DNA of 64,000 nt, taken from NCBI GenBank assembly GCA_037447605.1, contig CM074813.1, forward strand, positions 558,001 to 622,000. The letters run 5' to 3'. Of this stretch, positions 19,125 through 48,803 are shown one piece after another (the stretch's first letter is position 1; each line of letters opens with the position of its first letter). The notes beneath the pieces were generated by a model. That model was not told the DNA's origin and made no database searches. It saw only the letters and a list, made by a program, of their open reading frames with translations. Position numbers and translations under genes: made by a program. The DNA is from Zygnema circumcarinatum SAG 698-1b (Eukaryota; Plantae; Zygnematophyceae).

Positions 19125-22125
<3,001 letters not shown>

Positions 22126-22497
22126 CAAAGCGCAGTTTCAGTCTCAGTTTGAAAACAGTAACGAGCACGGAACCTGTGCTTGGCCGCCATTCCATCTCCA
22201 GCCCTCTCACTACCCCCCTTCCTCTCTCCGTGCCTCTCTCTACAACCCCCTTCTCCCCCCACTGTCTACCTCCCCCTCTTTCTACCCCACCCCTCTCTCT
22301 CCCCTTCTCTCTCTAACCCCCACTCTCCCTCCTTGTCTCTATACCAACCAAGAAATCCACATAGAAAAGGGGTAATGGGGAGGAGGCAAAGCGGCTGGGG
22401 TACGGAGGGGGAGGGGGGGAGAGAGAGTGAGAGAGACAGAGAGAGAGAGAAAGAGAGAGAGAGAGCAAGAGAGAAGTGAGAGAGAGAGGGACGGAGA

Positions 22498-22609
<112 letters not shown>

Positions 22610-22834
22610 CACCTGACTCCCCCTCCCACCGCCGCCATGGCGACTCCCTCTCCCCCTAGACAGCAGCTCTGCATGGCCGCCATGGCGGCCATGTCTGTCG
22701 GCGGAGTTCAAGTCCTGAACCCCACAGAATTAGGGTTTGAGGGTTTCCTCCAAACCCTAAAACCTCCTCTCCAGTGGAGAGTTTCAGGGTATCCGCTCTC
22801 CTCCCTGGAATCGGGAAGGGACAAGACGGCATCC

Positions 22835-23060
22835 AAAATCCGACGTGGCTGCCACGTGGAGTATTGGCATGATATGATTGGCTTTTCTCCAAGAAAACCA
22901 GCCACGTCAACACCACCAACGCCAGCTCCGTCCAATGTGGCAACCACGTGGAGTATTAACACACTATGATTGGCTTATCTCTGGAGAGGTCAACCACGAC
23001 ATCAACACTAACGCCACATAAGTCCGACGTGGCCACCACGTAGACATCATGAGTATTGAA
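22835..23060. promoter_or_regulatory. Triplicated ~92-bp unit with G-box and CCAAT-like motifs between divergent NSI and cpLEPA
   Basis: GCCACGTGG at 22851, ACCACGTGG at 22943 and ACCACGTAG at 23035, each preceded by TCC(G/A)A(C/T)GTGGC; the first two are followed by GAGTATT...ATGATTGGCTT. Confidence 0.5.
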
Positions 23061-23231
23061 TATCGTACTGATGACCTCAGTATGTATGCGTTCCAAATAT
23101 CGACTACAGAGGTCGATATATCGTCATAATAAATATAGTATCATATCGTTACATATCGCCAGTATTATCGTCCGTTGGAAATGCAAGTACAGTACTGTAC
23201 CCCTCTTCCCGCTGCCCCCAGCCCCGCGGCC

Positions 23232-26200
23232 ATGGCCATGGCTGCCCTCCTCCCTGCGCCCGAGGCCGCCATGGCGGCTCTCTCCCTCCCGGGCGTCGCG
23301 GCACAGCGCCTCCCTTCCTCGCTAACCCCTGTTTCCAAGCAACCCTGGCGTGACACGTGGCGGGGGCGGGCGGCTGACAGCTGGCAGCAGAAGAAGGGGG
23401 CTGTGCGCTGCGCAGCGGAGGGTGGCAGTGGACCGGCGCCCTCCGTTGTGCAGAAAGGGAAAGGAACGGAGAACGGAACTGGGACAGGGAACGGCAACAC
23501 GAAGGCGCCGCCACGGGAGGCAGGGAAGAGCAGAGCTGAGGAGGTCCTGCCACGCCTTCAAAAGGTGTGCTGCCACGGACCTGCTTTCTCTCTCTCTCTC
23601 CCTCTCTCCCGCTCTCCCTCTCTCTCTCCTTCCTCCGCATGACAGACGACTTCAATTGCATCCTCGCGTCACATGTGGGGCGTTCTATGCGGATTCCGTT
23701 CAGGTTCCCGTGTCGCACATACGGAACTTTTCGATCATTGCGCACATAGATCACGGCAAGTCCACGTTGGCAGACAAACTGCTGCAGGCGACGGGCACAG
23801 TCGAGCCGCGCCTCATGAAGGAGCAGTTCTTGGACAACATGGACCTGGAGAGGGAGAGGGGGATCACTATCAAGCTGCAGGTTTGCTTCAGAACCCTAAA
23901 TTTCTGAACCCTAGGTTCGATGTTCGAAGGCCTCCTAAAAGACCCCTTCAAAAGTCCATTTCCGTAAAAAAAAAAAAAAAAAAAAATTTAATATCACAAC
24001 TCTGGAAACAAAATCCTGAAAAGGCAAGTTTGTGAATGCAAACCCCCAAGGTCTTAAACTTAACACCCGAAACCTCTAAAGTCATCTAAATTTTCAACCC
24101 TTAACCCTCAAACTTTTAAACTCTAAACCCTTCAAACCCTCGAAATGCTCAAAACCCTAAGGCCCTGAAAAATCTGAAACCCTACTCAACACTCTGAACC
24201 CTAAACCTACCCCAGAACCCTAATATTTATCCCTCCATGATGGAAAACCCTCAAAATTCTCCTACTTACCCTCTAGAAACATAACCCTAAACCATAAACA
24301 AAACCCTAAACACCCTCATGACCTCAAACCCTAACCCCTACACCCCCTACATCCCACATTCAAAGGCCCAAAACTCTACATCCTGTAACTCATACCGAAA
24401 ACCCTAAACCTTAAACCCTCTAAGCCTTGAATAACTTACACCCTGTATTTCCAAACCCCTCCACGCCCTGAACCCTCTACACTCCGAACACCTTAACCCC
24501 TAAACCTTTAACCCTACGCCGTAAAACCCTAGCCCCTAAGCCTCGAAACCCTCCACTCTGCATCTCCACACCCTTTACACCCTCTACCCAAAAGCCCTAA
24601 AACCCGAAGCCTTGAACCCTGAACCGTACAAACGTGAAACCCTACAACCCTATGCCGTTAACTCTGAACCCTTAAACCCTGAACTATACAACCCTACGTC
24701 CTGAACCGTGAACCCTAAAACCATGAACCCTACAACCCTGAGACCCTACCCCCTAAACCCTAAAACCCTACCCCCTGACCCTAAAACCCTGCGCCCTACG
24801 GCGCAGGCGGCGCGCATGCGGTACGTGGCGCGCGACGGGCAGGCGTACTGCCTGAACCTGATCGACACGCCCGGCCACGTGGACTTCTCGTACGAGGTCT
24901 CCCGGTCGCTGGCCGCGTGCGAGGGCGCGCTCTTAGTGGTCGACGCCTCGCAGGGCGTCGAGGCGCAGACCGTCGCCAACGTCTACCTCGCGATCGAAAA
25001 CAACCTCGAGATCATCACGGTCAGAGGGCGCGCTTGCCGGGGGGGGGTTAGGNNNNNNNNNNTTGGGGGGGTGGTAGGGGCGGTGGTAGGGGGGGTGGTA
25101 GGGGGGAGGGTAGTGGGGGTGGTAGGGAGTGGTAGGGTTAGTAGGGTTGATGCAGCAGGATGCATGCATGTGTTTGTATAAAGTGGAGGAATGATGTGAT
25201 TGTTTCGGGCATTGTTACTACGCAGGTGTTGAATAAAATAGACCTTCCTGGAGCCGATCCCGAGCGAGTGAAGCAGGAAATCGAAGACGTGGTCGGCTTA
25301 GATTGCAGTGAAGCAATTCTCTGCTCCGCTAAGGAAGGCATTGGAATCGAAGAAATGTTAGAAACCATCGTCAAAAATGTCCCCCCTCCGGCAGACACTG
25401 TGGACGAGCCCCTCCGCTGTTTGATATTTGACAGGTGAGAAAGAGATGGGATTTTTTATGGGAGGGTCTAAGGTTCAGATATACCCCCCTCTTTCCCCCC
25501 TCCCGCCCCCTCCACCCCCACCCCTCTCTCCCGCTCCTCCCTTCCCCCCTCGTCTTTCCCTTCTCTTTCCTTCCTCCCCCCAATCCCTCCCTCCCCCCCC
25601 TTCCTTTCCTCCTCCCCGTCCTTCCATTCCCTTCTTTCCCCCACTCTCCCCCTTCTCGTGCCTCACTGCCCCCTCTTTTACCCTTCCACCAGGGCCCTCT
25701 CCCCCGTCCCTCCTTACTTGTCCTCCCCCCTCTTCCCCCCTTCCCCTTCCCCTCCCCCCCCCACCCACCCCTCTCCCCCCCACCTCTCCCTCCCTCCTCT
25801 TCCCCCCCACTCCCCACCTTCTCACCTNNNNNNNNNNGTTCGAGGGATTAGCGGTTCGAGGAATTGGAATTTTCGAGTTCTCGGATTAATTTTTTTCTCG
25901 TGTCAAGTTTGCAGTTTTTTGCTGCTTTTGTGGCTTCAGTTATTTATTGTTTTCCGGAGTTTGGGATGGAACGCAGTTTGAACCGGAGACCTCGAGTGCG
26001 ATGGGGTTCGGATTCCGCTGCGGATATTTGGGGTTGCTGCACATGGACGTGGTGCAGGTGCTTAAACTCTAAACTTTAAACCTGATGGAAACTAATGTCT
26101 AAACCCCAACAGTCTAATAGGCCCAAAAATCTCATATTATACCGCTTGGTGAGCGCACATAATTCCATGTATGTATAGTGTTTTTTCTTGTATTCAAGGT

Positions 26201-26486
26201 AGCTCGGACTTTAATAATTGTACTGTATTTCTTTTCTCCCCCCTTTTTCCTTTGCTATGCAGGAGAGATTGGAGCGCGAGTACAACCTGAACCTCATCAC
26301 AACTGCCCCGAGCGTTGTGTACCGCGTTCTATGTAGGGACGAGTCCGTTGTGGAATGCTCAAATCCGTCAGACCTTCCCGGGCCCGAAAAGAGACGAGCA
26401 ATCGAGGAGCCCTACGTTCGGGTGAGCTTTCGATAGGGAGAGAGAGAGAGAGAGAGTGCGAGCGGGAGAGATGTAGAGAGAGAGAG

Positions 26487-26524
<38 letters not shown>

Positions 26525-27705
26525 AGAGAGATTGAAGTAGTAATGGATTGGTTTTTGTCTACACATCCATAAAGAAAAGACTTGACTTTGTTCGTTGATG
26601 TTCTGATTTCGGAAATTTAGGGTTGTCAGAGCTGTGCTCAGACTTCCGAGTTTTGGGTTTTGTTTGATTGTTTGCTCGCATGAAGTGGCAAGGTCTCAGA
26701 AAGTGGCAGACTGTTTGGCAGCGTAACAACATAGCAACTCTCTGCATTTTCCCTCTCCTTCTCGCTCTCCCCCTCTCTCTCGATCTTGACCGCTCGCACA
26801 TTCTCTTTCTCTCTCGCTACCTCTCGCTCGCTTTCACTATCGTTCATGGTTCTGCTTCCCCCCTTACCTCCCTTTCTGTTTCTCCATTGTTCTCCCTCTC
26901 CTTGTCCGCCCCTCTCTCTCGTCCGCTCTCTCCCTCACACTCACACACATAGTCGTGACTTTTTGCCTGGACGAGACGATGAAGAATTGACAATGAAGAA
27001 TTGTACCCCATCTCTAAAAAATGGGGTATAAACCTGCAGATGGATATTATCTGCCCCAAGGAGTATATCGGTCCTTTGATGGAGCTCGCTCAAGAGCGGC
27101 GAGGGGAGTTTCAGGAAATGAAATATATGACGGAAACTCGCGTTCAATTATCATATGATATGCCGCTGGGAGAGGTCAGAATAGTCATTTCTTTTATTGA
27201 TTATTATTATCTTGATATTTTGATTTATTGCATGTGGCGAGTTTGACAAAATTTTGCTACTTTGCTAATTTGCTTTTGCCTATTTGCTAATTTTTATTTG
27301 GGCTGTAGGGTTGAAGGAATTTAGGGGGGGGGTTGGATGTTAGAATGACATATAATTTTCATATAGTGCGAAAGGCTTCAGCTCTATACATTCTCTATAA
27401 AAAGTCGCAGATAATTGTTTCATTGTTTCATAATTGTTTCGAAATTGTGTGTTTCTCACTTTTTTTTTCCGCTGCAGGTTGTTGGCGATTTTTTCGATCA
27501 GCTGAAATCGCGAAGCAAGGGCTACGCCAGTATGGAGTATAAAATGATAGGGTGAAGGGCTCTCTCTCTCTCTCTGTCTCTCTCTCTTGGCCTCTCCCTA
27601 TCTCTTTCTCTCTCTCCCTTTGTTCCTCTTGCAGTCTCTCCTTTCTCTCTCTCACTCCCCTCCCTCCCCCTCTCCCGTCTCTCTCCCTCCCTCTCTCTCT
27701 CTCGC

Positions 27706-27771
<66 letters not shown>

Positions 27772-29519
27772 CACCTTCTCTTCCTGTGCCTTTCCTCTTC
27801 AGCACAAGTCCCTCAACCTCTCACCACCATCCCTTTCTTCCCTTGTCCATTTTGCTCTTTTCCGGTTTCTCCATCCGCAAATTTCCGAACTGAATTCCGT
27901 ATTCCGTGCGTTCCTTGTCCTCAGTTACCGCGAAAGCAACCTCGTGAAGTTGGACATTCACCTCAATGCGGAGGTGGTGGACCCTCTCTCCACCATTGTG
28001 CATGCTGACAAGGTGCAAAATCTAAAACCCTAAATCTTTACATGATCCCCTTTCAGACAAGTTCAAAAACCGCTAATTTCGTAAAAATAAATCAAATACT
28101 TCCTTTTTTTGTGTAGTTCGAAAACTAATTTTCTCAAGACCCTATCTGTTCGAAAACGTTGAAAACCTACCAACCTCTAGTGTGCACTCACATGTTGATC
28201 TGATTTTTCTGGTGGATCCATTTGGTGGATCCGTCCATGCAGGCGTTCTCAGTGGGGCGGCTGTTGACCCAAAAACTGAAGGAACTCATTCCACGTCAGA
28301 TGTTCAAAATTCCCATTCAGGTAAGTGCCATTTTTTCCCATTTTTTTTTCCCAAAAAACAAGCTGCAATTTCACCTTGTAATGGAGAGAAGGGGGTGGGT
28401 GTGGCTCTCTATGACCCCTCCCCCCCTCCCCGTTGAGGTGAGTTGAAAGGTTAAACTTTAGGACTATTATTTGAATTCTAAACCCTGAATCCTAATATTT
28501 AAACCCTAAACCCTCCCCCCCTCCCCGTTGAGGTGAGTTGAAAGGTTAAACTTTAGGACTATTATTTGAATTCTAAACCCTGAACCCTAATATTTAAACC
28601 CTAAACCCTGACTCTCAACCCTGAACCTGACAGCTTGAGAAAAGCCCTAATACCCTAAAACCCTAAAACCCTAAAATTCGCTTGGCGTGTTTTCAGGCAT
28701 GCGTTGGCACCAAAGTGATTGCAAGTGAAGCGATTTCCGCCATACGGAAGGATGTGCTCGCCAAGTGCTACGGTTTGTGGAATTATTTTAATATGAATAC
28801 TAGTTAAAGAAAAAGGAAATGTAAATGAAATTTTTAACAATACATGCGTAAAGCCAGCAGCGTAGGTAGGAATCAGACATTGAACAGTTTTCAGAATTTT
28901 GTGATAATGGAAGAAAGCTTCTTTTTCTTGGCTGCTTGATGAAAGTGAGCGGAGTGAATGAAAGGGCTGAGGTGGAAGGCTTCATGTGAGAGGTCCTGAG
29001 GTTTTTCGTGCGCTGTAAAAAAAATCTGAACGTAAAAAAAAAAACCCAAGAACGAATGGAAGAAATCGTTTCCTGCGTGTTCTTTCAATGCATAGTACTG
29101 AGGGTGGGCTGCCTGCAGGTGGAGATATTTCCCGAAAAAAGAAGCTGTTGAAAAAGCAGGTGCGTGCTCTATCTTTCTCTCTCTCTCTCTCTCTCTCTAT
29201 CTCTTTTTCTTTGTTCCTCTCTCTCTTCTTCTGCCCCCCTTTCCCCTAAACTCCCCCCTCCTCCCTATCCTCCTCTCCCTCCCCCTCCCCCCTCCGCTCT
29301 CCCCCCTCTTCCTCCCCCTCTCAGAATGAAAGCTAGAGATACTTCTCCTACCTCGCTCTCATATTCTGTAAAGTAGAAACACGAGTTTAGGGTTTAAGGG
29401 TTTTTAGGGTTTTGGCGGAGCAGGCGGAGGGCAAGAAGCGGATGAAGGCGGTCGGGAAGGTGGACGTCCCTCAAGACGCGTTCATGGCGGTCCTGCGACT
29501 CGAGAAGGAGTCGCTGTAG
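23232..29519 (+). CDS. lepA: Chloroplast translation factor LepA/EF4 (GUF1 homolog)
   Basis: Transit peptide exon 23232-23564, then 23704-23880 ([19 protein letters not shown]...[11 protein letters not shown]), 24807-25019 ([16 protein letters not shown]), 25226-25434 (NKID), 25977-26057, 26263-26421, 27040-27174, 27478-27551, 27925-28012, 28243-28320, 28697-28772, 29119-29159, 29424-29519. Exons for roughly 130 aa are missing at the N gap 25828-25837. Confidence 0.96.
28416..28612. repeat. Tandem duplication (2 x ~97 bp) in lepA intron
   Basis: ccccccctccccgttgaggtgagttgaaaggttaaactttaggactattatttgaattctaaaccctgaa occurs twice consecutively. Confidence 0.85.
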
Positions 29520-30560
29520 CGGCATTTGTACCCCATTGGGGCTTGTAAGGTTTTTATTTAATTCAGGAAACTAACAACTGTCAGTTTCGACTAACAACGT
29601 TATTAGGGTTGTAACCTTGTAGGACTCTTTCGAATTTTAGTGTTAGGATGTTCTGCTGTTTAGGGTTCCACTCCATAGTAAGTGCAACGAAGTGTTATTT
29701 GTAAAGCAGGCTAAGTAAGCAGTGTTAGTTTTTCATTTTTCCTGTACTCTTAAAAGCACTTGAAAAGATATGGAACAAGATTTCATCATTTCTCTCATCA
29801 TTTCTTCTCCTTGACGTGCAAAAAACTGATTGCGAGGGCTGACGATTGGGGCTGCTATCCGGAATTTAAGACTCGATTTATAAAAAAAACGGTCCCTAAG
29901 CGTTGGCAAATCATACAGCACAAATTCTATCATGTTTTTGAAATTAAAAACAGCAAAATTACCAACACGTTATCGCAACAAATGGCAGCATCCTCACATG
30001 CCCCATGTAACCCACCCCATTCCAAATGCCAGTGGCAAATGCAATTTTCGCAAATCTTGCAATTCTGTCCCGGCCTCTCTCCACCTTGAAGCCTCAACTT
30101 TCTGAAATTTAAACGCACAGCCTTCCACGGATTCGCAGTCAAAAAACAGTTCAGACCTAGCCAGTTGCTGTAAAAGCGCGAACACTCGACCGTCCTGGAA
30201 CCCTAAACCCTGGACCCCTCCCGCTGTTCCCCGGTTTCTCTGACCCCTAAACCTGAACCCCACCCGCTGTTCCCCAGTTTGATGAGGGCCCTTTCAGGCT
30301 CCAAAAATTGCGGGCGCGGCAAAAGAGGCCGACCCGCGGTTAGATGTTCATCAGCGGGTGTCAGCGCGGCCACCCTCCCAAACGGTCATGAGGCGGCCGC
30401 CTTTCTCCCTGATAAGGACGGCTAAACCCCTCCAGGTGATTTCGGGAGGGTTTATCCTCGCACGGGGCTAAAGTGCGGACGGCCTTGTGGGAGAATTCTT
30501 AAATATGGCCGTACAGTATTGTACACAACCGTACAGATATCGTACGATTTTTGCAAGGTA

Positions 30561-31030
30561 CAGTCAGCAGTCCTCATATTTTCCACCCTGTACAGTGCGT
30601 CCCCAATAAATTCGCCCTGATTTTGCCGAAACCACCTTTTTGTACGGTAACTCTGTGTTAGCCGTACTACTCGTACTATCCGTACCCCTAAAACCCTGAA
30701 ACCCTAAAAACCCTAAAAACCGTACTAGCCGGACTAGCAGTTACGGGCTTCAGCAAAACTCACCGAATCTTCCCGCACGTGCCGCCGTAAGAGGCGCTCG
30801 CTCGTCTTTCCTCCTTTTTGGTTCCGATACGAAACGATACGATACTAAACGACACGGTACGATACGGTATGATATGGTACGGTACGATACGTACGGTCCA
30901 ACATGAACTCTAACACGAACTCTAACAATACCGCCCGTCTATTGGTAACACGAACCTTCTATTTGCAAAAATCAATATTTTCGCCTCATATTTGCCAAAA
31001 CCATGGCGAAAATATGAGGACTGTTGACTG
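30561..31030. mobile_element. Tc1/mariner-type MITE, copy 2 (470 bp)
   Basis: TA + CAGTCAGCAGTCCTCATATTTT ... AAAATATGAGGACTGTTGACTG + TA. Near-perfect TIRs and a TA target duplication; same family as 1342-1849. Confidence 0.88.
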
Positions 31031-31682
31031 TACCTGTACTTTGGTAACAAACTAATGGCCAAACTCTTCGTTTATCAATGGTTGGTTGGATGGTCAACGG
31101 CAACCGTTAGCAATTGGCAATGGTTGGCTGGGTCCACCATTCCATACGCTGCCAATGATTGACAATCGTTCCATTGTTTGGTCCAATGGTTGGATCAGTG
31201 CAACTTCTGAAGCATTCCTGTTGTGTCACTTGTGTGGAAGACTGGAAGTCCCTATTAACTTCCAAGAATGAAACCGACATGCACTTGCCTAGTTGTCTGG
31301 GTAGCAGGAAGTTGGGGCGTTAGTCAGGGCAGAAATAGTAGCCTGAGGGCATAACGTATTGCATGTCACTTTTCATTTTTTGTTAAGGAGTTTTGAGGCC
31401 GAGGAGGCTTTCTCCTTTACTTTTACTCTTTCGGTGTTTTTCGCTCTTTGAATCATTTGTTTTTCATTGTGTGCACTTGAGAGGTGATTTGTTTCCGACC
31501 TGCAAGCACAGCAAAGAGTGAAGGTAGTGGAAAGACCCAGGCCCAAATTATCAACAAATGCTCCTACAAAAAATCTAAAAACGAAAAAAAATAAGTAACA
31601 AATAAAGCGCATCAACCCAACACAATGTGAATGCATTTTAAAATAAATATAAAATAAATAATTAAATAAATAAACGCCCTCT

Positions 31683-45023
<13,341 letters not shown>

Positions 45024-46026
45024 GGCGGGGGCCTGCCAGGTGGCGGAACGGCGGCGTCTCATTGGATAAGAGCCCTCAATAGAGCGCTCGAAGCCCTAAA
45101 AGTGAAAGAGTGCAGAAGCCACAATGCACGGACGAATAGATTTTCAATCAGTTAAGGGGACAAAATGTGTTTTCAATACTCCTGATCCCTCTCTCTCTCT
45201 CTCACTCTCTCCTCTCCTCCCCTCTCTCTCTCTATCCCCCCTCCCTCCCTCTCTATCTCTCTCTCTCCCTCGCTCTCTCTCTCTCCCGCTCTCGTCCTCT
45301 CTCTCCCTCTCACTGCCCTCACTCCCCTCAGCGGCCAGGACTGACCTCTATCGTACAGTGCCAAAATGTACGGACGGGCGGACAAGCGAACAAGCGGACA
45401 ATCGCTTGATCGTTCTGATAAAGTTCATTTGATCTTGATAAAGCTAATTATCTCTCAATAAAGTAGTGCCCCCTGTTTATGGCGCCTGCTGGCTTAAGCA
45501 GCGGCCGTACGGCGGCTGCGCTGGTGCCACGTGGCCCTTCTGCTGCACGATCAGCCGCGGCGACACGACAAACGCCATCAATGCCGCGAGTTACTACCTG
45601 CCACACTTAGTTCGTATCTGACCAGATTTTTTAGATTTCAAGGGAATCTAAGGAGGCGTCACGTCAGCATACGCAGCATAGACGAATCTGATAAACCGTG
45701 ATACTTGCAACATTGGCTTTCACTATTGGTTGTCACCTCCGTTTCAGATTGCTTTGAGATCTAAAAATAGATTCCTTTGAGATATGTTGGAATGCCCGTA
45801 GGACCTGTTTTCGGCGGAATTCGGTGGGCTTCAACTGACTGATCTCCGGGCAGCAGCGAGTCAATGAATGCCATTCCACGTGTCACCTTCTTTATTGCCA
45901 GAATCTTGACATTCTTTGAGTTTTGTCGCCTTGCGCTACAACGTTCGGAATTGCGCCGCTTCAAGAACCGACGTCTGTCACATCACGCCACGTCACGTCC
46001 CAGAGGCAATGACCTGCGAAATTCAA

Positions 46027-46954
46027 GGGTAGTGATATTTCCACCCCTTTTTTGGATCCAAACACCCCTTCCCGGCCGGGCAGATTTCAAAAAGGATTAA
46101 AACCGGAAAATGCTTTTTTCACACCTTTTTGGAATCGATACCCACCCTCCATCGGCAGATTGTATTTTTGCGAAACAAGGAAAATTATAACCCTTCACTC
46201 CATTTGAATATCCCGCCTACCTGATGCTATCGCGTGTGCCGTGCCGATATTCCCCGCAGATCGCAACGAGGCAGACTACCATTTGATCTGGCCGGGCTCG
46301 GTCACAGCGAATGGCACGGGCCCACGTATCCCGCCAAAGTCGTCTAAAAAAAATGTCCGTACAAATGTCGTACGGTCGTACCAAAAATTTTGTTCATTGA
46401 GAGTTTGGACCAATCAAAAATTTCCACGTCAAAAATGTAACACGTGGCAAATGTTGATTGGTTGGGAGCTGACAATAGAACAAGATCTTGGGCCGAGGTA
46501 CGCGCGCACTCGCACTTGCGATCCGGCTTTGACGGGACTCGTGGGCGCTTTCCATTCGCTGCGATCGAGCCCGGCTGCAGATCGAACGGTGATCTGCAGT
46601 GGTGCGATCTGCGAGGGAATCGACAGCTGCGATTGACACACACGTGTGAAGGACGGACACCCGCGAACGATCTCGTGGCGGACGGATCTTCCGCCCGAGC
46701 GGATTCGGGCNNNNNNNNNNATATTTATTTCCCTCAAAAAAGAAAATCAGGGAGGCGGGATAACAGTATTCAAAAATGCGGTGACGGGGTATCATTTTCC
46801 TTGGTTAGCAAAATAAAATCAGCCGACGGAAGAAGGTGGGTATCGATTCCAAAAAGGTGTGAAAAAAGCATTGTCCGTTTTTAATCCCCTTGGAAATCAG
46901 CCCGGCCGGGAAGGGGTGTTTGGATCCAAAAAAGGGGTGGAAATAACACTACCC
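46027..46954. mobile_element. Long-TIR (Mutator-like/foldback) non-autonomous element
   Basis: ~200-bp inverted arms (46027-~46225 and ~46747-46954) with termini GGGTAGTG / CACTACCC. Perfect 8-bp direct repeat AAATTCAA at 46019-46026 and 46955-46962. Contains a 10-N gap. Confidence 0.85.
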
Positions 46955-47949
46955 AAATTCAATGTGCGGACCAATTTGGCGTACGAACGGTCAACGCCGT
47001 TCAAAGCGCCGTTGGGGACAAATCGGATGCTGCCGCGTGGCATGCCACCAGATGGCTACGTGGCGTTAATCCGACAAAAGAGCATTGTACGGAGATCGAA
47101 CTTGAACGAGGATAGACGAATCACGTTGCGCCACGCTTACACGACAGTGGCCTTACATTTGGCCTGACGTGTCGGGCACCGGGCGGGAAACTTTGGCGTA
47201 TCTGATGGAACAGCCAAGAGTCGACGCCGACTATGACGTCACCAGACGGTCCGGCGGGCGGATTCGTCGAATTTCACAGTTGACAGTTTCAGTAATGTGA
47301 CAGGGAACGTGGCCCGTTGAGTGAATCAGAACATGGGACACGGTTGGGCGGTTCCTGGCTAGAGCCATCCTTAGCCATTGGCCACAAGGTCTAGGAAACC
47401 GGCTGGCTAGTGCTCATGCGTGTAGGCATGCACCCATTGTTCAAAAACAAAAAAGAAAGGAAGTGGCATTGATCTCACGATGGCGAGGCCATCAAATGTA
47501 CATAGACAAAATCATCATGGGGAACCACGAGGAACTGGGCGCAAAGGACCTAAGCACAAGAAAAAAGGTAAGATTGAAAAAGCGCGGAGGGAGCGGTGGA
47601 AGGCCACCGACACGATCACCAACAACCAACCGCGTGAAGGCTTCACTCCGGAGCGGAGGAGCGAGGCAGCGCCGTCGAACGGCGACGGAAACACGCTGTC
47701 GATAACAAGTAGCAAGGATCGCCGGAGGAGAGGAGGGCTTCCTTCCGGGGCCGTGCGCGCATCTCCAAGGAGCGCTGAGCGCACCTCCAAGGAGCGCTGG
47801 GCGCACGCACTGGCGGAGGAAGGACGGACGGCATCCAAACGGGCGTCGAGGACCACACATCGCACCAGCCGTCATGCTGCGCTGCGCGCGACGATAAATC
47901 GCGACGTTTAAGGGGTCGAGCGTTCCATAATGTACGGTACCGGATGCAT

Positions 47950-48100
47950 GTAAAGTATGTACAGTATGTAGAAGAAAATGATGTTTGATGTACAGTATGT
48001 ACAGTACAGTACAGTATGTACAGTACAGTACAGTATGTACAGTATGTATGTACAGTATGTATGTATGTATGTGTGTATGTATGTATGTATGTGTGGATGG
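47950..48100. repeat. Compound TACAG/TATG microsatellite
   Basis: Runs of cagtatgtacagtacagta followed by (atgt)n. Confidence 0.85.
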
Positions 48101-48803
48101 TACGGCCAGGTGCCGTTTTGTACATGAATCATCATGGCCTCATCATCATCACCATCATCACATCATGCATGCGTCACAAGCACGTGCGAGACTCGTGAAA
48201 ACGTGAAAAAAGTGAACAAGGAGTTTGTCGTTTTGCTCAGAATCTGGAGGGATCTTTTCCAGGACAGGCGGCCACTTTTTGTCATGACACGATGACATGG
48301 CACTTCACTTCAAGCCGTACTCCTACGCGGCACGTGGATAAATTTGATTTGTACACAAAAATCATCCATCTCTTGCTGACGTGGCGAGCCGTGATTGGCG
48401 TCGTTGGTTGGGGTTTGACCCGAGGCCAACCTCGGTCGGCAGGCGAAGGGTTCAGGGATCAAGGGGGTCGGGGTTGAGCGCTTTTAGGGTTTGTAGTCCT
48501 GTTAAAGAGTGCAAGGTTCGTTTTAGGGCTCGCAGGGGTTCAGGGAAAGCTAGTCGTAGTTCTCCACGCGTCCTACGGTTTCAGATCTTAAACCCTAAAC
48601 CCGAAAAACTGTAATCTGAACCAAGTCCTGTGGAGCACCCTTCGAGCGGACTGTTTTTTTACAAGTCCTGAACCCTTAGCGCTATCTCGAAAACCTTACA
48701 ACCCTAAATCCCTAAAACTCTAAAACCCTAAAACTCTAAAACCCTAAAACCTTAAACCCTGAACCCTAGATCCGGCTGAACAGTGCCACGTGTCCCCCAC
48801 ACT

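Noticed and set aside
22637-22722. Short [28 protein letters not shown] as an alternative first exon of lepA
   Set aside because: lepA already has a complete transit-peptide exon at 23232, the donor is weak and there is no supporting homology.
23186-23199. TACAGTACTGTA as a mariner MITE excision footprint (TA+CAGT+ACTG+TA)
   Set aside because: It fits formally, but TACAG/CTGTA words are abundant in this window as simple repeats, so it is not diagnostic.
47463-47911. ORFs in the mosaic-NRAMP intergenic region
   Set aside because: No recognisable domain and no exon chain I could assemble, despite one GTAAGA donor-like site.
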